Shown here: positions 1 to 9,619 of the stretch, in pieces | Numbering within the stretch: the stretch's first letter is position 1 | How the letters are laid out: each line of letters starts with the position of its first letter | NCBI GenBank assembly: GCA_043817315.1 | Contig: JBDRGY010000001.1 | Coordinates: 154,550-218,549, forward strand | Source of the DNA: Patescibacteria group bacterium | GTDB lineage: Bacteria > Patescibacteriota > Patescibacteriia > JBDRGY01 | Direction: 5' to 3' | Length of the DNA stretch: 64,000 nucleotides | Notes under the pieces: model-generated | Told to the model about the DNA's origin: nothing | Database searches by the model: none | Seen by the model: only the letters and a program-made list of their open reading frames with translations | Translations under genes and position numbers: made by a program

Positions 1-1
1 A

Positions 2-442
2 TTGTTGGGAGTGTTCTACACTAAAGATAAAATGGATGTGTTCGCCGACTGGCAGCCCTATACATATCAGCAGAGCTACTACAAAGAAGACTCTGTCGAT
101 TTTGGAATATTAGAAGATATCCCTCGGGATAAAGTAATTTTTGCCGATGAAATGGAATCTCATATCTTATCGGGCCTGACCGGCCATAACGTTGTCGGGG
201 TTCGCCCTCAACATGCCAGTTTTGCCAAACTGCCAGAACAGACAGAGGGCTACTATGATATCCAAAAAACCTATGAGGAACCATCATATATCAATCAGGT
301 GATTGATAAATTCGGGGTTGATTATATTTTGATAAAAAAAACTGCTCCGGAAAAACAGGAGCATTTAGCCGACTATATCAGGCAAAATTTTGAACTATGG
401 AAGAGCAATCAGCTTCTGGAACTATATTTGGCCCATTATTAA
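2..442 (+). CDS. Hypothetical protein, C-terminal fragment (5' partial at window edge)
   Basis: Open frame from window start to TAA at 440-442. No recognisable family motifs. Confidence 0.4.
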   Translation: MLGVFYTKDKMDVFADWQPYTYQQSYYKEDSVDFGILEDIPRDKVIFADEMESHILSGLTGHNVVGVRPQHASFAKLPEQTEGYYDIQKTYEEPSYINQVIDKFGVDYILIKKTAPEKQEHLADYIRQNFELWKSNQLLELYLAHY

Positions 443-1980
443 GGCTTTAGATAGATATCAATTGATTTTATCTTGATCTCCCCGGATAAAGTAGTTAGGT
501 TGGGGGAATAGATAGAAAAATCGATTTGGTTTTCAATCCCCAAATTATTCAGGTTAAAAGTATGAGAGCTGGTATAAAAGCCATCCTGCAGGGACGGTTC
601 CCGGTAATTGGTGATAAAATAACTGTAATTTTCTAACTCATCTTTTTGAAAAACTTGAGCCCTAAGGGGATCCGGATTAAAAAACGATTCTGCAGTGAAA
701 GAAAAATATCGTGTAATAGGATCACTATTCTTGATAAAAACGTGATTTTTGCCCAATTGGATAGAATTAACCGAATTGGAGGTTCCGAGAATAATACCAA
801 GAGGAGGCTGATTTACCCGAGAATCGGTCAGTTCAATTTCCGTTTGGTCATTAATGGTAAGTTTTTGGCTGGTGCCGTCGATGTGCCAAACTGGAATGTT
901 TACGGCGTAAGCATCAGTAAATAATTTAAAAGGATTATCTGCTTGATATCGGTTGTGTTGGGTCATTACCTGATTGGCAGCTACTAAGTAAGGCTGGTTG
1001 ACTGTAACTTTGGAATGAACATCACCAATGCCGGTAACAATCTTATAAAGACCGGCCTTTAATCCCTCGACTGAGATATTGAGTAGTTGAGGATCACTAG
1101 TTTCTTGTGAACCTCCCTCGATGCCATCGTCAGCAATTTCTGTAAAATAGATAGTATTATCTTTTGAGTCATACACCGAGACAGGCATAATATCCTCCCC
1201 GCCGTAGTAATTAATATCCCTTTTTTCGACATCAATATTTAAATCACCCGGTTCAGTCAACAAAGTATATAGCAGATAACCCTCCTCGAGAAAAGGAGTT
1301 GAGGTAGAAGTCGCCGCAGGAACTGAGTCGGGAAGCTGATCCAGAATAATTTCTCCTGGATTATAGTCGAAATAGTAATCCGCGATCGGAACTACCAATC
1401 GAGTTCTGGTTGTTCCTTTAGAGACATAAGTCTCTTCAGTCGGCAGGGGTGGGTCAGCCAAAAATGACTCAATTGAGTCGTAATCCTCTTCCTTTTGAAA
1501 AACAGTCAGATCACCATCTGTGATTTTAGGCCAGTCGAGCCCGTTAAAGAATTTGCTGTAAATAGGAGCATAGATAATATCATCCGTGTTCGGGTTTTTG
1601 ATGCCGAGCAAGATTTCTTCTGTTTTCTCGACAGCAAAATCAATTTTGACTTCTACTTGGTCAAACTGTTGCTTGTTTAAACCATCAGGCAAGCCAATAG
1701 AGAACTTACTGATCGTTTTATCGATTATTTGGTTATCAATTTTATAGGAAAGCCCGTTCCGTTCTCCGATAATGGTAGTGTCGGTGATCGGTGTTAAAGG
1801 AGAGATAATCTGGCTGTTAGACGGATATTGCAGAGAAAAGTGAATGGTGTCTGAAAAAAACATGAAGTTTTTATTCAAAATTCCCAACAAGAAAAACAAT
1901 ATAAAAATGATCACCACTTCGACGGAGATTCTTGTTACCAGATTGCTTTTTTTGCCCTTCTTTTTTTCTTCCATTATCAA
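439..1980 (-). CDS. N-terminally membrane-anchored extracytoplasmic protein (paralog A of 20098..21654)
   Basis: Lys-rich N-terminus followed by one TM helix (VEVVIIFILFFLLGIL). The large Thr/Asn/Asp-rich ectodomain shares blocks with the 536-aa ORF, e.g. GLYKIVTGIGDV / GIYRLVVGAIND and FSFTAESFFNPDP / FYAFSPESFFDPTD. Confidence 0.6.
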   Translation of the reverse strand: MIMEEKKKGKKSNLVTRISVEVVIIFILFFLLGILNKNFMFFSDTIHFSLQYPSNSQIISPLTPITDTTIIGERNGLSYKIDNQIIDKTISKFSIGLPDGLNKQQFDQVEVKIDFAVEKTEEILLGIKNPNTDDIIYAPIYSKFFNGLDWPKITDGDLTVFQKEEDYDSIESFLADPPLPTEETYVSKGTTRTRLVVPIADYYFDYNPGEIILDQLPDSVPAATSTSTPFLEEGYLLYTLLTEPGDLNIDVEKRDINYYGGEDIMPVSVYDSKDNTIYFTEIADDGIEGGSQETSDPQLLNISVEGLKAGLYKIVTGIGDVHSKVTVNQPYLVAANQVMTQHNRYQADNPFKLFTDAYAVNIPVWHIDGTSQKLTINDQTEIELTDSRVNQPPLGIILGTSNSVNSIQLGKNHVFIKNSDPITRYFSFTAESFFNPDPLRAQVFQKDELENYSYFITNYREPSLQDGFYTSSHTFNLNNLGIENQIDFSIYSPNLTTLSGEIKIKSIDIYLKP

Positions 1981-2055
1981 TTATAATTTGTATTTTTGGC
2001 AATTTTTTGGTATAGTTTATTATAACAAAATCGCAATTATTAAACAAATTACCGA

Positions 2056-2460
2056 ATGGCAAAACTGGTCAAGGGCAAATTTCTAGCGGGCACTCTGGGA
2101 ATTTTCCAGGTATTGTTCCTGGGGTCATTAGTTTTTTATTTGATGATTCTAGTAATTGAAAATCTGATAGAAGGTGCGGTGTCAAATACTTTAAGTCCCA
2201 ATTATATTTTGGCTGTTGTGTTCATAACCGGAATCCTCAGCATCTTTGCCCCTCAAGCCAAACCAGAAAAAAAGGAAGCAGCCGGAAAGTCTGATTACTA
2301 TTTAATATCAGCCCTAGCTGTGATTGGTGCTGTTCTGATTTATATTAAAATGAAAGAAATGGGGAACCTGGCCTGGCCCGTAGCGATTCTGACAGGGGTT
2401 TTGATATTGATGGTTGGATTTCTTTTATTAAGAGCTGATGACAAGGAACAACCTTCATGA
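2056..2460 (+). CDS. Small polytopic membrane protein (3-4 TM), hypothetical
   Basis: Hydrophobic segments throughout. Lies immediately upstream of, and overlaps by 4 bp (ATGA), the GT2 gene. Confidence 0.5.
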   Translation: MAKLVKGKFLAGTLGIFQVLFLGSLVFYLMILVIENLIEGAVSNTLSPNYILAVVFITGILSIFAPQAKPEKKEAAGKSDYYLISALAVIGAVLIYIKMKEMGNLAWPVAILTGVLILMVGFLLLRADDKEQPS

Positions 2461-3125
2461 AGAAATTTATCGTAATTCCCGCTTATAACGAAGAAAAAAC
2501 AATAGCCAATGTTATCAATAACGTCCGAAAATACTATAATAATATTATTGTGATTGATGACGGATCTTCTGACAGTACCTATGATCTGGCTACCGGTTTA
2601 GGAGTACACGTTTACCGGCACATCATTAACCGGGGATTAGGGGGTGCCTTAGGTACCGGTATAGCTGCTGCCTTAAGGCATGAAGCTGATATTATCGTCA
2701 CCTTTGATGCTGATGGTCAGCATCGGGCTGAAGATATTGCCCGATTAATCCGACCGATAGAAGCGGGCCAGGCTGATGTGGTTATTGGCACCCGGGCAAC
2801 CGATAAAGAAGGAATGCCCCTGACTAGACAGTTGGCTAATTCTATCGGTAATCTGGTTACCCGACTGTTGTTTGGCATCTGGGTATCAGACAGCCAGTCA
2901 GGTTTGCGTGCTTTTGCAAGCAGAGCCGCCGAAAAAATGCAGATAAGAGCCAACCGGATGGAAGTCTCCTCGGAAATTATTCAGGAAATCAAAAAACACA
3001 ACTTGCGCCTCAAAGAAATTCCCATAAAATCGATTTATACCGAGTATTCTCTTTCCAAGGGCCAGGGTTTTATTACGGGAATTAAAACTTTAATGAAATT
3101 AGTATTAATGAGACTGCTAAAATAA
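2457..3125 (+). CDS. GT2 glycosyltransferase, polyprenol-phosphate sugar synthase type (DPM1/ArnC/GtrB-like)
   Basis: IVIPAYNEE...IIVIDDGSSDST...DADGQH motifs typical of GT-A DPM1-like enzymes. Size 222 aa. Confidence 0.8.
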   Translation: MKKFIVIPAYNEEKTIANVINNVRKYYNNIIVIDDGSSDSTYDLATGLGVHVYRHIINRGLGGALGTGIAAALRHEADIIVTFDADGQHRAEDIARLIRPIEAGQADVVIGTRATDKEGMPLTRQLANSIGNLVTRLLFGIWVSDSQSGLRAFASRAAEKMQIRANRMEVSSEIIQEIKKHNLRLKEIPIKSIYTEYSLSKGQGFITGIKTLMKLVLMRLLK

Positions 3126-3479
3126 ATGATAATTCAAATCGTTTTAATTTTTTTCATTTTGTTTGCCGTATCCAGAGTCTGGTTGCGCTTTAGAGATAAG
3201 CAGATAACCACCATGGAACTGATTATCTGGACCTTGTTTTGGATTCTAGTGGCTGTAGTTATCCTTTTACCCAACACCACTGATTGGCTGGCCAATGTTT
3301 TGGGCGTGGGCCGGGGAGTAGACGCCGTCATCTACTTGGCCATTATCGTAATTTTTTACGCTATTTTTCGACTAGGAGTTAAAATCGAACATATTGAGAG
3401 GGAAATTACCCAAATTGTCCGGAGGAGTGCTTTAAAGAATCTGACCAAGGACGAAGATGAAAATAACGATAGTCAGTGA
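3126..3479 (+). CDS. DUF2304-like small membrane protein (typical partner of DPM1-like GT2 enzymes)
   Basis: 117 aa with 3 TM helices and a GVGRGVDAVIYLAII motif followed by a charged tail. Directly follows the GT2 gene. Confidence 0.6.
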   Translation: MIIQIVLIFFILFAVSRVWLRFRDKQITTMELIIWTLFWILVAVVILLPNTTDWLANVLGVGRGVDAVIYLAIIVIFYAIFRLGVKIEHIEREITQIVRRSALKNLTKDEDENNDSQ

Positions 3480-4587
3480 GTTTTTCCCTTGGAGTGAGCA
3501 CGCGGAGCTACGCGGCGGGGTAGAATCACGGGCTTTTTATTTTGCCAAACATTTAGCTGACAAGCATCAAGTTGAAGTGATAACCTCCTACGAGGAGGGG
3601 ACTTCGCACTATTCTAAAATCGACAAAGTAACAGTATTACGAGTGGGGCGCAAAAGAAAATATGTTCAAGGCGGTTCTTTGATAAAACGGATAATATTTA
3701 TCTGGCAAGCTAAAAGAAAAATTCAAACCAGCCATCCGGATATTATTGACGGTTACAACTGGGTTTGTCATTTAGCGGTTTGGCTGGCCAGGTCAAAGGC
3801 CAAGAAGGTCTCTACTTATCATGATGTTTGGGTAGGCAGTTGGATAAAGAACATGGGATTGATTTCGGGTATACTTGGGGACTTGATGGAAAGATACATT
3901 CTCAAGCGCCAATGGGATCTATTGATAGCCAATAGTAAAGTGACCAGAAATAAATTAATCCGCTGCGGGGTGAAAAATTCTAAAATCGAAGTAGTATACA
4001 ACGGAGTAGAATTGGACAAGTACAATTATCAGATTGAAAAGTTTGAAAGGCCAACGGTGATCTATGCCGGTCGCCTGGTTTCCTATAAACGAGTGGAAGA
4101 TTTGATCAGAGCAATCTTTTTAGCCAAGCCTCGGATTCCCAATATCCAGTTAAAAATAATTGGCAGCGGCCCGGAAGAAGATAAGTTGAAGAAGTTGGCC
4201 GCTAAGATGGATAAAAACGGTGCCGTGGAATTTTTAGGATTTGTGGAAAAGCATGCCGATGTGATTAGAAATATCAAAAGATCTCATATTTTCAGCTTGC
4301 CCTCGGCCGTTGAAGGATTTGGCATTGTCACTTTAGAAGCCCTGGCTTCTGGTGTGCCCTATGTTAACTCCAACATCGCTCCAACCAGGGAGATAACCCG
4401 CCAGGGTATGGGAGGGTTGTTGTTCGAATGTTACGATGCCAGTGACTTAGCCCTCCAAATTATAAAGTTACTGCAAAACAAAACCCTATATCAGCGAAAG
4501 TTGGAAGAGGGCAGAACACTAGTTCAAGGTTTAAGTTGGTCGTCTCTTGCTCCAAGGCTGGAGGACGTCTATCAATCAATATTATGA
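3457..4587 (+). CDS. GT4 family glycosyltransferase
   Basis: GT-B fold. C-terminal EGFGIVTLEALASGVPYV motif (E-x7-E). Confidence 0.8.
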   Translation: MKITIVSEFFPWSEHAELRGGVESRAFYFAKHLADKHQVEVITSYEEGTSHYSKIDKVTVLRVGRKRKYVQGGSLIKRIIFIWQAKRKIQTSHPDIIDGYNWVCHLAVWLARSKAKKVSTYHDVWVGSWIKNMGLISGILGDLMERYILKRQWDLLIANSKVTRNKLIRCGVKNSKIEVVYNGVELDKYNYQIEKFERPTVIYAGRLVSYKRVEDLIRAIFLAKPRIPNIQLKIIGSGPEEDKLKKLAAKMDKNGAVEFLGFVEKHADVIRNIKRSHIFSLPSAVEGFGIVTLEALASGVPYVNSNIAPTREITRQGMGGLLFECYDASDLALQIIKLLQNKTLYQRKLEEGRTLVQGLSWSSLAPRLEDVYQSIL

Positions 4588-5594
4588 AAATTGCTATTTT
4601 ATCCGCCACCTTTTCTCATTTTAGTGGAATAGACCGGGTGGTTGAACAACAAGCTAATCAGTTAATCCAAGAAGGTAATCAAGTTACCATTTTTGCCCTG
4701 GAAGCGGAAATGAAACCACAACAGGCCAATCTGGTCGTTTTGGGCATGCCCCGGGGTCTATTGGCACAAAGAATGTTCCGTCTTCTTTTTCCCCTGTTTT
4801 TAAGCAGGGTAAATGACATGGTTAAAAAGTTGGAGGGTTATGCCACTGTCTTTAGCCACCAGTATCCTTTAAACCACCTGGCCCATAAAGCTAAAAAAAA
4901 ATTTGGAGCCAAGTATATTTATTACAACCATGGAGTGGCTTCGTCAAAGTGTTTTAACAGTCCAATAGAGAAAATCTACATCAAGAAATTCATCTGGCTG
5001 GCTAACCGTTCAGTTAAAAAAGCGGATCAAGCAATATCGATTAGCCGTTATCTGCAAGGGGTGTTGAAAGAAGAAACAGGAATTGATAGTCAAGTAGTTT
5101 ATGACAAGGTTGATACCAATAGATTCCATCCCGGAATCGATGGGGGATCAGTGCGTCGGAATTATAATATTGGAAATAACCCCTTAATTCTGTATGTGGG
5201 ACGGATTTCTCCTCACAAAGGAGTGCACCTATTGATCAAATCATTTTTAGAGGTGAAGAAAAAAATCGACAACGCCAAACTAATGATTGTGGGAAAACCG
5301 ACTTTTGCCAAGTATGCCAAGCAATTAAAAGAAATGGCAGCCCCAGATGTGATATTTACCGGTTTTGTAGCTGATCAGGAATTGCCCCAGTACTACGGAG
5401 CCTGTGATGTTTATGCCACTGCTTCACTGTGGGAAGGGTATAATTTGCCGATGGCCGAAGCCCAGGCCTGCGGCAAGCCTGTTATTGCCTGGGACCTAGG
5501 ACCGCACCCCGAAGTGATTGATCAAAACGGTATATTAGTAAAACCAGAACACAAAGAAGGTTTAGCTCAAGCCATTATCCAGAAGATTAGTTAA
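4584..5594 (+). CDS. GT4 family glycosyltransferase
   Basis: MKIAILSATF start overlaps the upstream stop (ATGA). WEGYNLPMAEAQACGKPVIA motif. Confidence 0.8.
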   Translation: MKIAILSATFSHFSGIDRVVEQQANQLIQEGNQVTIFALEAEMKPQQANLVVLGMPRGLLAQRMFRLLFPLFLSRVNDMVKKLEGYATVFSHQYPLNHLAHKAKKKFGAKYIYYNHGVASSKCFNSPIEKIYIKKFIWLANRSVKKADQAISISRYLQGVLKEETGIDSQVVYDKVDTNRFHPGIDGGSVRRNYNIGNNPLILYVGRISPHKGVHLLIKSFLEVKKKIDNAKLMIVGKPTFAKYAKQLKEMAAPDVIFTGFVADQELPQYYGACDVYATASLWEGYNLPMAEAQACGKPVIAWDLGPHPEVIDQNGILVKPEHKEGLAQAIIQKIS

Positions 5595-5597
5595 AAC

Positions 5598-6692
5598 ATG
5601 ACCAAAACCAAGATAATAATTGTCACCCCGTTTTATCAGCCTTACCCGGCTGGAATTTCGTCTTATTTTCAAAGTTTAGTAAAATCTTTGTCAGACCGAG
5701 TTGATTTTACAATCTTAACAACTTCACTGCCCAATCAAAAGAGAGACGAAATCAAGAATAATTGTCTGATTCTCCGCTTGATTCCCAACGTGATAAAATC
5801 CAGCATTTTGCTCAGGATACCGGTCTTAACGACAACAGTTTTTTATCAGCTGGCACGGCTTAACTCCAGGGAGAGGCCAGCGGCTATCCATGTTCATTCC
5901 AGCACGGCCATGACTTTGGGAGCTTCCATTTACAGTCTGCTTTGGGGCACTCCGCTGATCATGGAAGTGCAGGATATTATGGCTCCCGGCTGGCTATTGA
6001 GAATGGGCCGGGTCAAAAAATATATTGCCACTGGCCAGACAGTCCGTAAGAGATTGGAGTCTATGGGAATAAAAAGTGATAAAATCGTTACTATCTATTC
6101 ATTGCCTCCTTCCAATATCAAAGAAATCACCATGATGACCAAGTCTGAGCAGACAGTGAAGTGTTTATACGTAGGAGAATTAAATACTGATGTAAAGGGA
6201 TTGGATACTCTGCTGGAGTCTTTTAAAGAAGCCCAACAGCAATTTCCCGATTTGACCCTAAAGATGATAGGCGAGGGTCCGGACAAAAACTTTTGTCTTG
6301 ATTATATAGATAGATTTAATCTGAAGAAAAAGATAAGCTTGACCGGAGGTTTGGGCCGGTCGGCTACTTTGCAGGAGATGGCCGCTTGTGATATCTTGAT
6401 TTTAGCCTCCCGATCTGAGGGAGTGCCCAGAGTAATTTTGGAGGCCTTCTATTTTGAGAAAGCGGTGATTGCCAGTTCTGTGGGGGGAATAGTTGACGTA
6501 ATCGATCACCAAAAAACCGGTCTGCTTTTTCGGGTAAATAATAATGAGCAACTAACAACTCATATTATTACTTTAGCCAGGGACGAAAGTCAGAGACGAT
6601 TATTGGGGCAAAATGGCAAAGCCTTTCTTGATTCTCTGGGCAATTGGCCAGAGATAGCACAAAAGGTATTTGATTCTTACCAAGCTAATTAG
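5598..6692 (+). CDS. GT4 family glycosyltransferase
   Basis: EGVPRVILEAFYFEKAVIAS motif. GT-B architecture. Confidence 0.8.
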   Translation: MTKTKIIIVTPFYQPYPAGISSYFQSLVKSLSDRVDFTILTTSLPNQKRDEIKNNCLILRLIPNVIKSSILLRIPVLTTTVFYQLARLNSRERPAAIHVHSSTAMTLGASIYSLLWGTPLIMEVQDIMAPGWLLRMGRVKKYIATGQTVRKRLESMGIKSDKIVTIYSLPPSNIKEITMMTKSEQTVKCLYVGELNTDVKGLDTLLESFKEAQQQFPDLTLKMIGEGPDKNFCLDYIDRFNLKKKISLTGGLGRSATLQEMAACDILILASRSEGVPRVILEAFYFEKAVIASSVGGIVDVIDHQKTGLLFRVNNNEQLTTHIITLARDESQRRLLGQNGKAFLDSLGNWPEIAQKVFDSYQAN

Positions 6693-6856
6693 AGATTGTA
6701 TGATTATAAAAATACTATTTTGGCCCAGCATGTTGATCGAAAAGATGCTGTCCTATTTGCCAATATATTGGTTAGAACCGTATTATCCTTTGATATCCTT
6801 ATTGCTCGGAATTATTGTGACTGCTGTTATCGTAATATTTTTACTAAAATTCTTTT

Positions 6857-8449
6857 TTATAGAACTTCATAAACCTCAAAGTAAGGAACAGTAGCCGACC
6901 CCTGGTCGTTTAACTGTTCAGTTCCTTCACTCTGATAGATTCTTTGGAATTTATCACTTTCGGCAAACTTATCCAAATCATATTCTGCAAAAAGTTCTTG
7001 GGTAATTGAAGAGACAACTACATACCTGGCCTGTAATGACTTGGCATATTCGTTAGCAGTGGCGGCATCGCCCCTGATCAACTTCTCAGTAATCGGCCAG
7101 TCAAGGATTTTCTGGCGCGTCAGCTGGGTATGTTCGTACTCAAAAGGTTTTTTGGTATTACTGATAGAAATCAAATAGTACATGGTAATCGGATCTGAAA
7201 GCACGATTTCCTGGGAGATTTCTGGTTGCAGATTTATTAACTCATCAATTCTTTCCTGAGAGAATCCGTAATTATTAAAATCACTTTGTACCGAATTAAA
7301 ATCTTTAATCAAAGGCAGCAAGACAGCAACGACCAGGGAGATAGCCAACAAATTGGCAATAAGTTGTTGACCAGCCAGTTTCTTGAACAGAAAACTAAAG
7401 CCCAGGGCAGCTACCATAGTGGCTGGCAGAATAAAGGCGTCGGCGTAACGTCCCGGGAAAAAGTTGTAATTGGCCACTCCCTGATTTAACATTAATATGG
7501 TTAATAGCAGCCAGACAAAAAAGATTATTGATTTGAAGTTAATAGCTTTAGTCTTCCTGATTTCATTGAGCAGGACCAGCAGACCGATTACCAAAAGGGT
7601 CAATAAAACCACACCGGTTATACTACTGAAAGAAACTGAAAGTCTGCTGGAACTTGAGGCAGATGCTTCCCAGGAGGTGTCGGAGGGGTCTATGGGGAAT
7701 TTGTTAGCGAAAATTACCGGGCTGAAGGTAATTGCGAATAGAATTATTGAGGCAAGAGTAGTAAAAATAATCCTACCGAAGAATTTCCGATGTCTTGATA
7801 CAAAAATAAGGGATGATAGTGCGATGGCAATAATCAGGGTGGTCCAAAAAGTAGCATTAAACAGATGAGTCAGAATCAATGAGAGTCCGAGCACTACCAG
7901 CAATATTGTTTTTTTCAAATCAATAAACTTCTTTTGGTAGCAGATTAATGCGGTGATAAGTAAAATTAAAAATATCAAGATACTCAGAGAACGTGGCAGA
8001 AAATAGATGAACCAAACTGTGCCGCCTCGGGTAATAAATAGTAAAGCAGCTAATAGGGCTATCACTTTGCTATTAAGGAGCAGATTTGATAATATATAGA
8101 CTGCCGCAGTTAATCCTAATACTAATAATATGTTTAGCCAGGGGATCAGTTGAGGAATCGAAGTGCCAGTGACCTGCGAGACGCTGGAAAGGAAAATGTG
8201 AAACAAAGGGGAATAACTGTAGATGCTGGTGGCTGAAGCCGTGGCTGTCTCCTGAGGAATCTGACCCGTTTCGGAAATCTGATTGGAAAACCAAGTGTGA
8301 AAAAAGAGATCACCGCCTTCTTGGTAGGGATATTTCAGAAGGACATTGGAGTAAAGGATCACCACTAAAAGAATGAGTAAAAATACAATAAGTTTTAGCG
8401 GACTAATTTTTTTAATAACAGATTGCATAATGCTATGAAGATAGTTCAC
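6857..8449 (-). CDS. Large polytopic membrane protein with C-terminal soluble domain; possibly a GT-C-like glycosyltransferase or glycan polymerase
   Basis: More than 10 predicted TM helices plus a C-terminal soluble domain of about 140 aa. Sits in a glycan locus. No firm motif recognised. Confidence 0.4.
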   Translation of the reverse strand: MNYLHSIMQSVIKKISPLKLIVFLLILLVVILYSNVLLKYPYQEGGDLFFHTWFSNQISETGQIPQETATASATSIYSYSPLFHIFLSSVSQVTGTSIPQLIPWLNILLVLGLTAAVYILSNLLLNSKVIALLAALLFITRGGTVWFIYFLPRSLSILIFLILLITALICYQKKFIDLKKTILLVVLGLSLILTHLFNATFWTTLIIAIALSSLIFVSRHRKFFGRIIFTTLASIILFAITFSPVIFANKFPIDPSDTSWEASASSSSRLSVSFSSITGVVLLTLLVIGLLVLLNEIRKTKAINFKSIIFFVWLLLTILMLNQGVANYNFFPGRYADAFILPATMVAALGFSFLFKKLAGQQLIANLLAISLVVAVLLPLIKDFNSVQSDFNNYGFSQERIDELINLQPEISQEIVLSDPITMYYLISISNTKKPFEYEHTQLTRQKILDWPITEKLIRGDAATANEYAKSLQARYVVVSSITQELFAEYDLDKFAESDKFQRIYQSEGTEQLNDQGSATVPYFEVYEVL

Positions 8450-9619
8450 CTTATAGGATATTTCCAGCCGGAGTTTGGCTACAAGGAATATTATATCGCC
8501 AAAAATCAGGTTAAGCTAGGTCACGAAGTTTATGTTATCACATCTGATAAAATTTTCCCATTTCCTAACTTACCTCAATTGGCTAAAAGTCTTAATATCT
8601 CTGCTAATCGTGAGCGACCCCAGGGATTACAGATTATTGATGGTATCAAAGTCTACCGACAGCCAATAATTTTTGAACTGGGGGGCAGCGTATTGATAAA
8701 AGGCGTAAAAAAATTACTACGCGAAATAAAACCGGATATTGTCCACAGTTATGAGCCAGTCCAGCTAACTCCTATTTTAGCCGGGCGGTACAAGTCACTC
8801 GGTTATAAACTATATGCAGAGCACCAGATGTTCGAACTGCCGCGCACTTTACTGGGCCGCCTATATTTTCAATTAGTTACTAGATTTTTCAGTCGCTATA
8901 TATTAAAGAGAGCCGATAAGATTTTGTTTCCCACTTTGGCTTCTCGTGATTTTTCTTTAAAAAGGTGGCAGTTTGCTCCGGCCAAAATCGCCATGACTCC
9001 TTTGGGGTATGATCCGGAACGATTTCATTTTAATGAGAGAGCTAGAACCGAAATTAGGCAAAGATTCAATTACTCAGACCAAGATAAAGTAATAATCACA
9101 GCTGGAAAAATTGAACAGGGAAAGAACTATGAACTAATCCTGAAGGCGATGGTTGAACTCAAAGATCAATGGCCAGTTAAATTATTGATGGTAGGAAGCG
9201 GAGACCAAAAATATTTGGACAGTATCAAAGAATTGGCCAAGGAATTAGGGTTAGGGGAGAGGGTATCTTTTGAGGGATTTGTCAGCAATGACCAGCTCTA
9301 CCGTTATTACAGTGCCGCGGATTTGGGTATCTGGCCGCATTTGCCCTCAATTACCATTATTGAAGCGATGGGCTGCCAATTACCGCTGTTGTTGCCTGAT
9401 TGGAATACAGTTACCCATTTGGTCAAAAAAGGCAACGGCCGACTGTTTAAAATAAACGATTATCGAGAGTTAAAAAATCAACTAGGTAGGATATTGAACG
9501 AAGAAGATTATCATCAGGTTAAACTGGCAGCCCAAGAAGTTGCTCCTGATTTCAGCTATCAAAAAATCGCCGATAGAATTCTAACTGGCGATTACCAAGA
9601 TTATTTTGAAATGGATTGA
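8435..9619 (+). CDS. GT4 family glycosyltransferase
   Basis: MKIVHLIGYFQPEFGYKEYY N-terminus and GT-B layout. Start chosen at the second Met to avoid a divergent overlap with the minus-strand gene. Confidence 0.75.
   Translation: MKIVHLIGYFQPEFGYKEYYIAKNQVKLGHEVYVITSDKIFPFPNLPQLAKSLNISANRERPQGLQIIDGIKVYRQPIIFELGGSVLIKGVKKLLREIKPDIVHSYEPVQLTPILAGRYKSLGYKLYAEHQMFELPRTLLGRLYFQLVTRFFSRYILKRADKILFPTLASRDFSLKRWQFAPAKIAMTPLGYDPERFHFNERARTEIRQRFNYSDQDKVIITAGKIEQGKNYELILKAMVELKDQWPVKLLMVGSGDQKYLDSIKELAKELGLGERVSFEGFVSNDQLYRYYSAADLGIWPHLPSITIIEAMGCQLPLLLPDWNTVTHLVKKGNGRLFKINDYRELKNQLGRILNEEDYHQVKLAAQEVAPDFSYQKIADRILTGDYQDYFEMD

Noticed and set aside
6670-6894. 74-aa plus-strand ORF bridging the convergent gene ends at 6692/6857
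   Set aside because: It overlaps the 3' ends of both neighbours and starts inside the GT4 gene without a ribosome-binding site. The region more likely just holds a convergent terminator.
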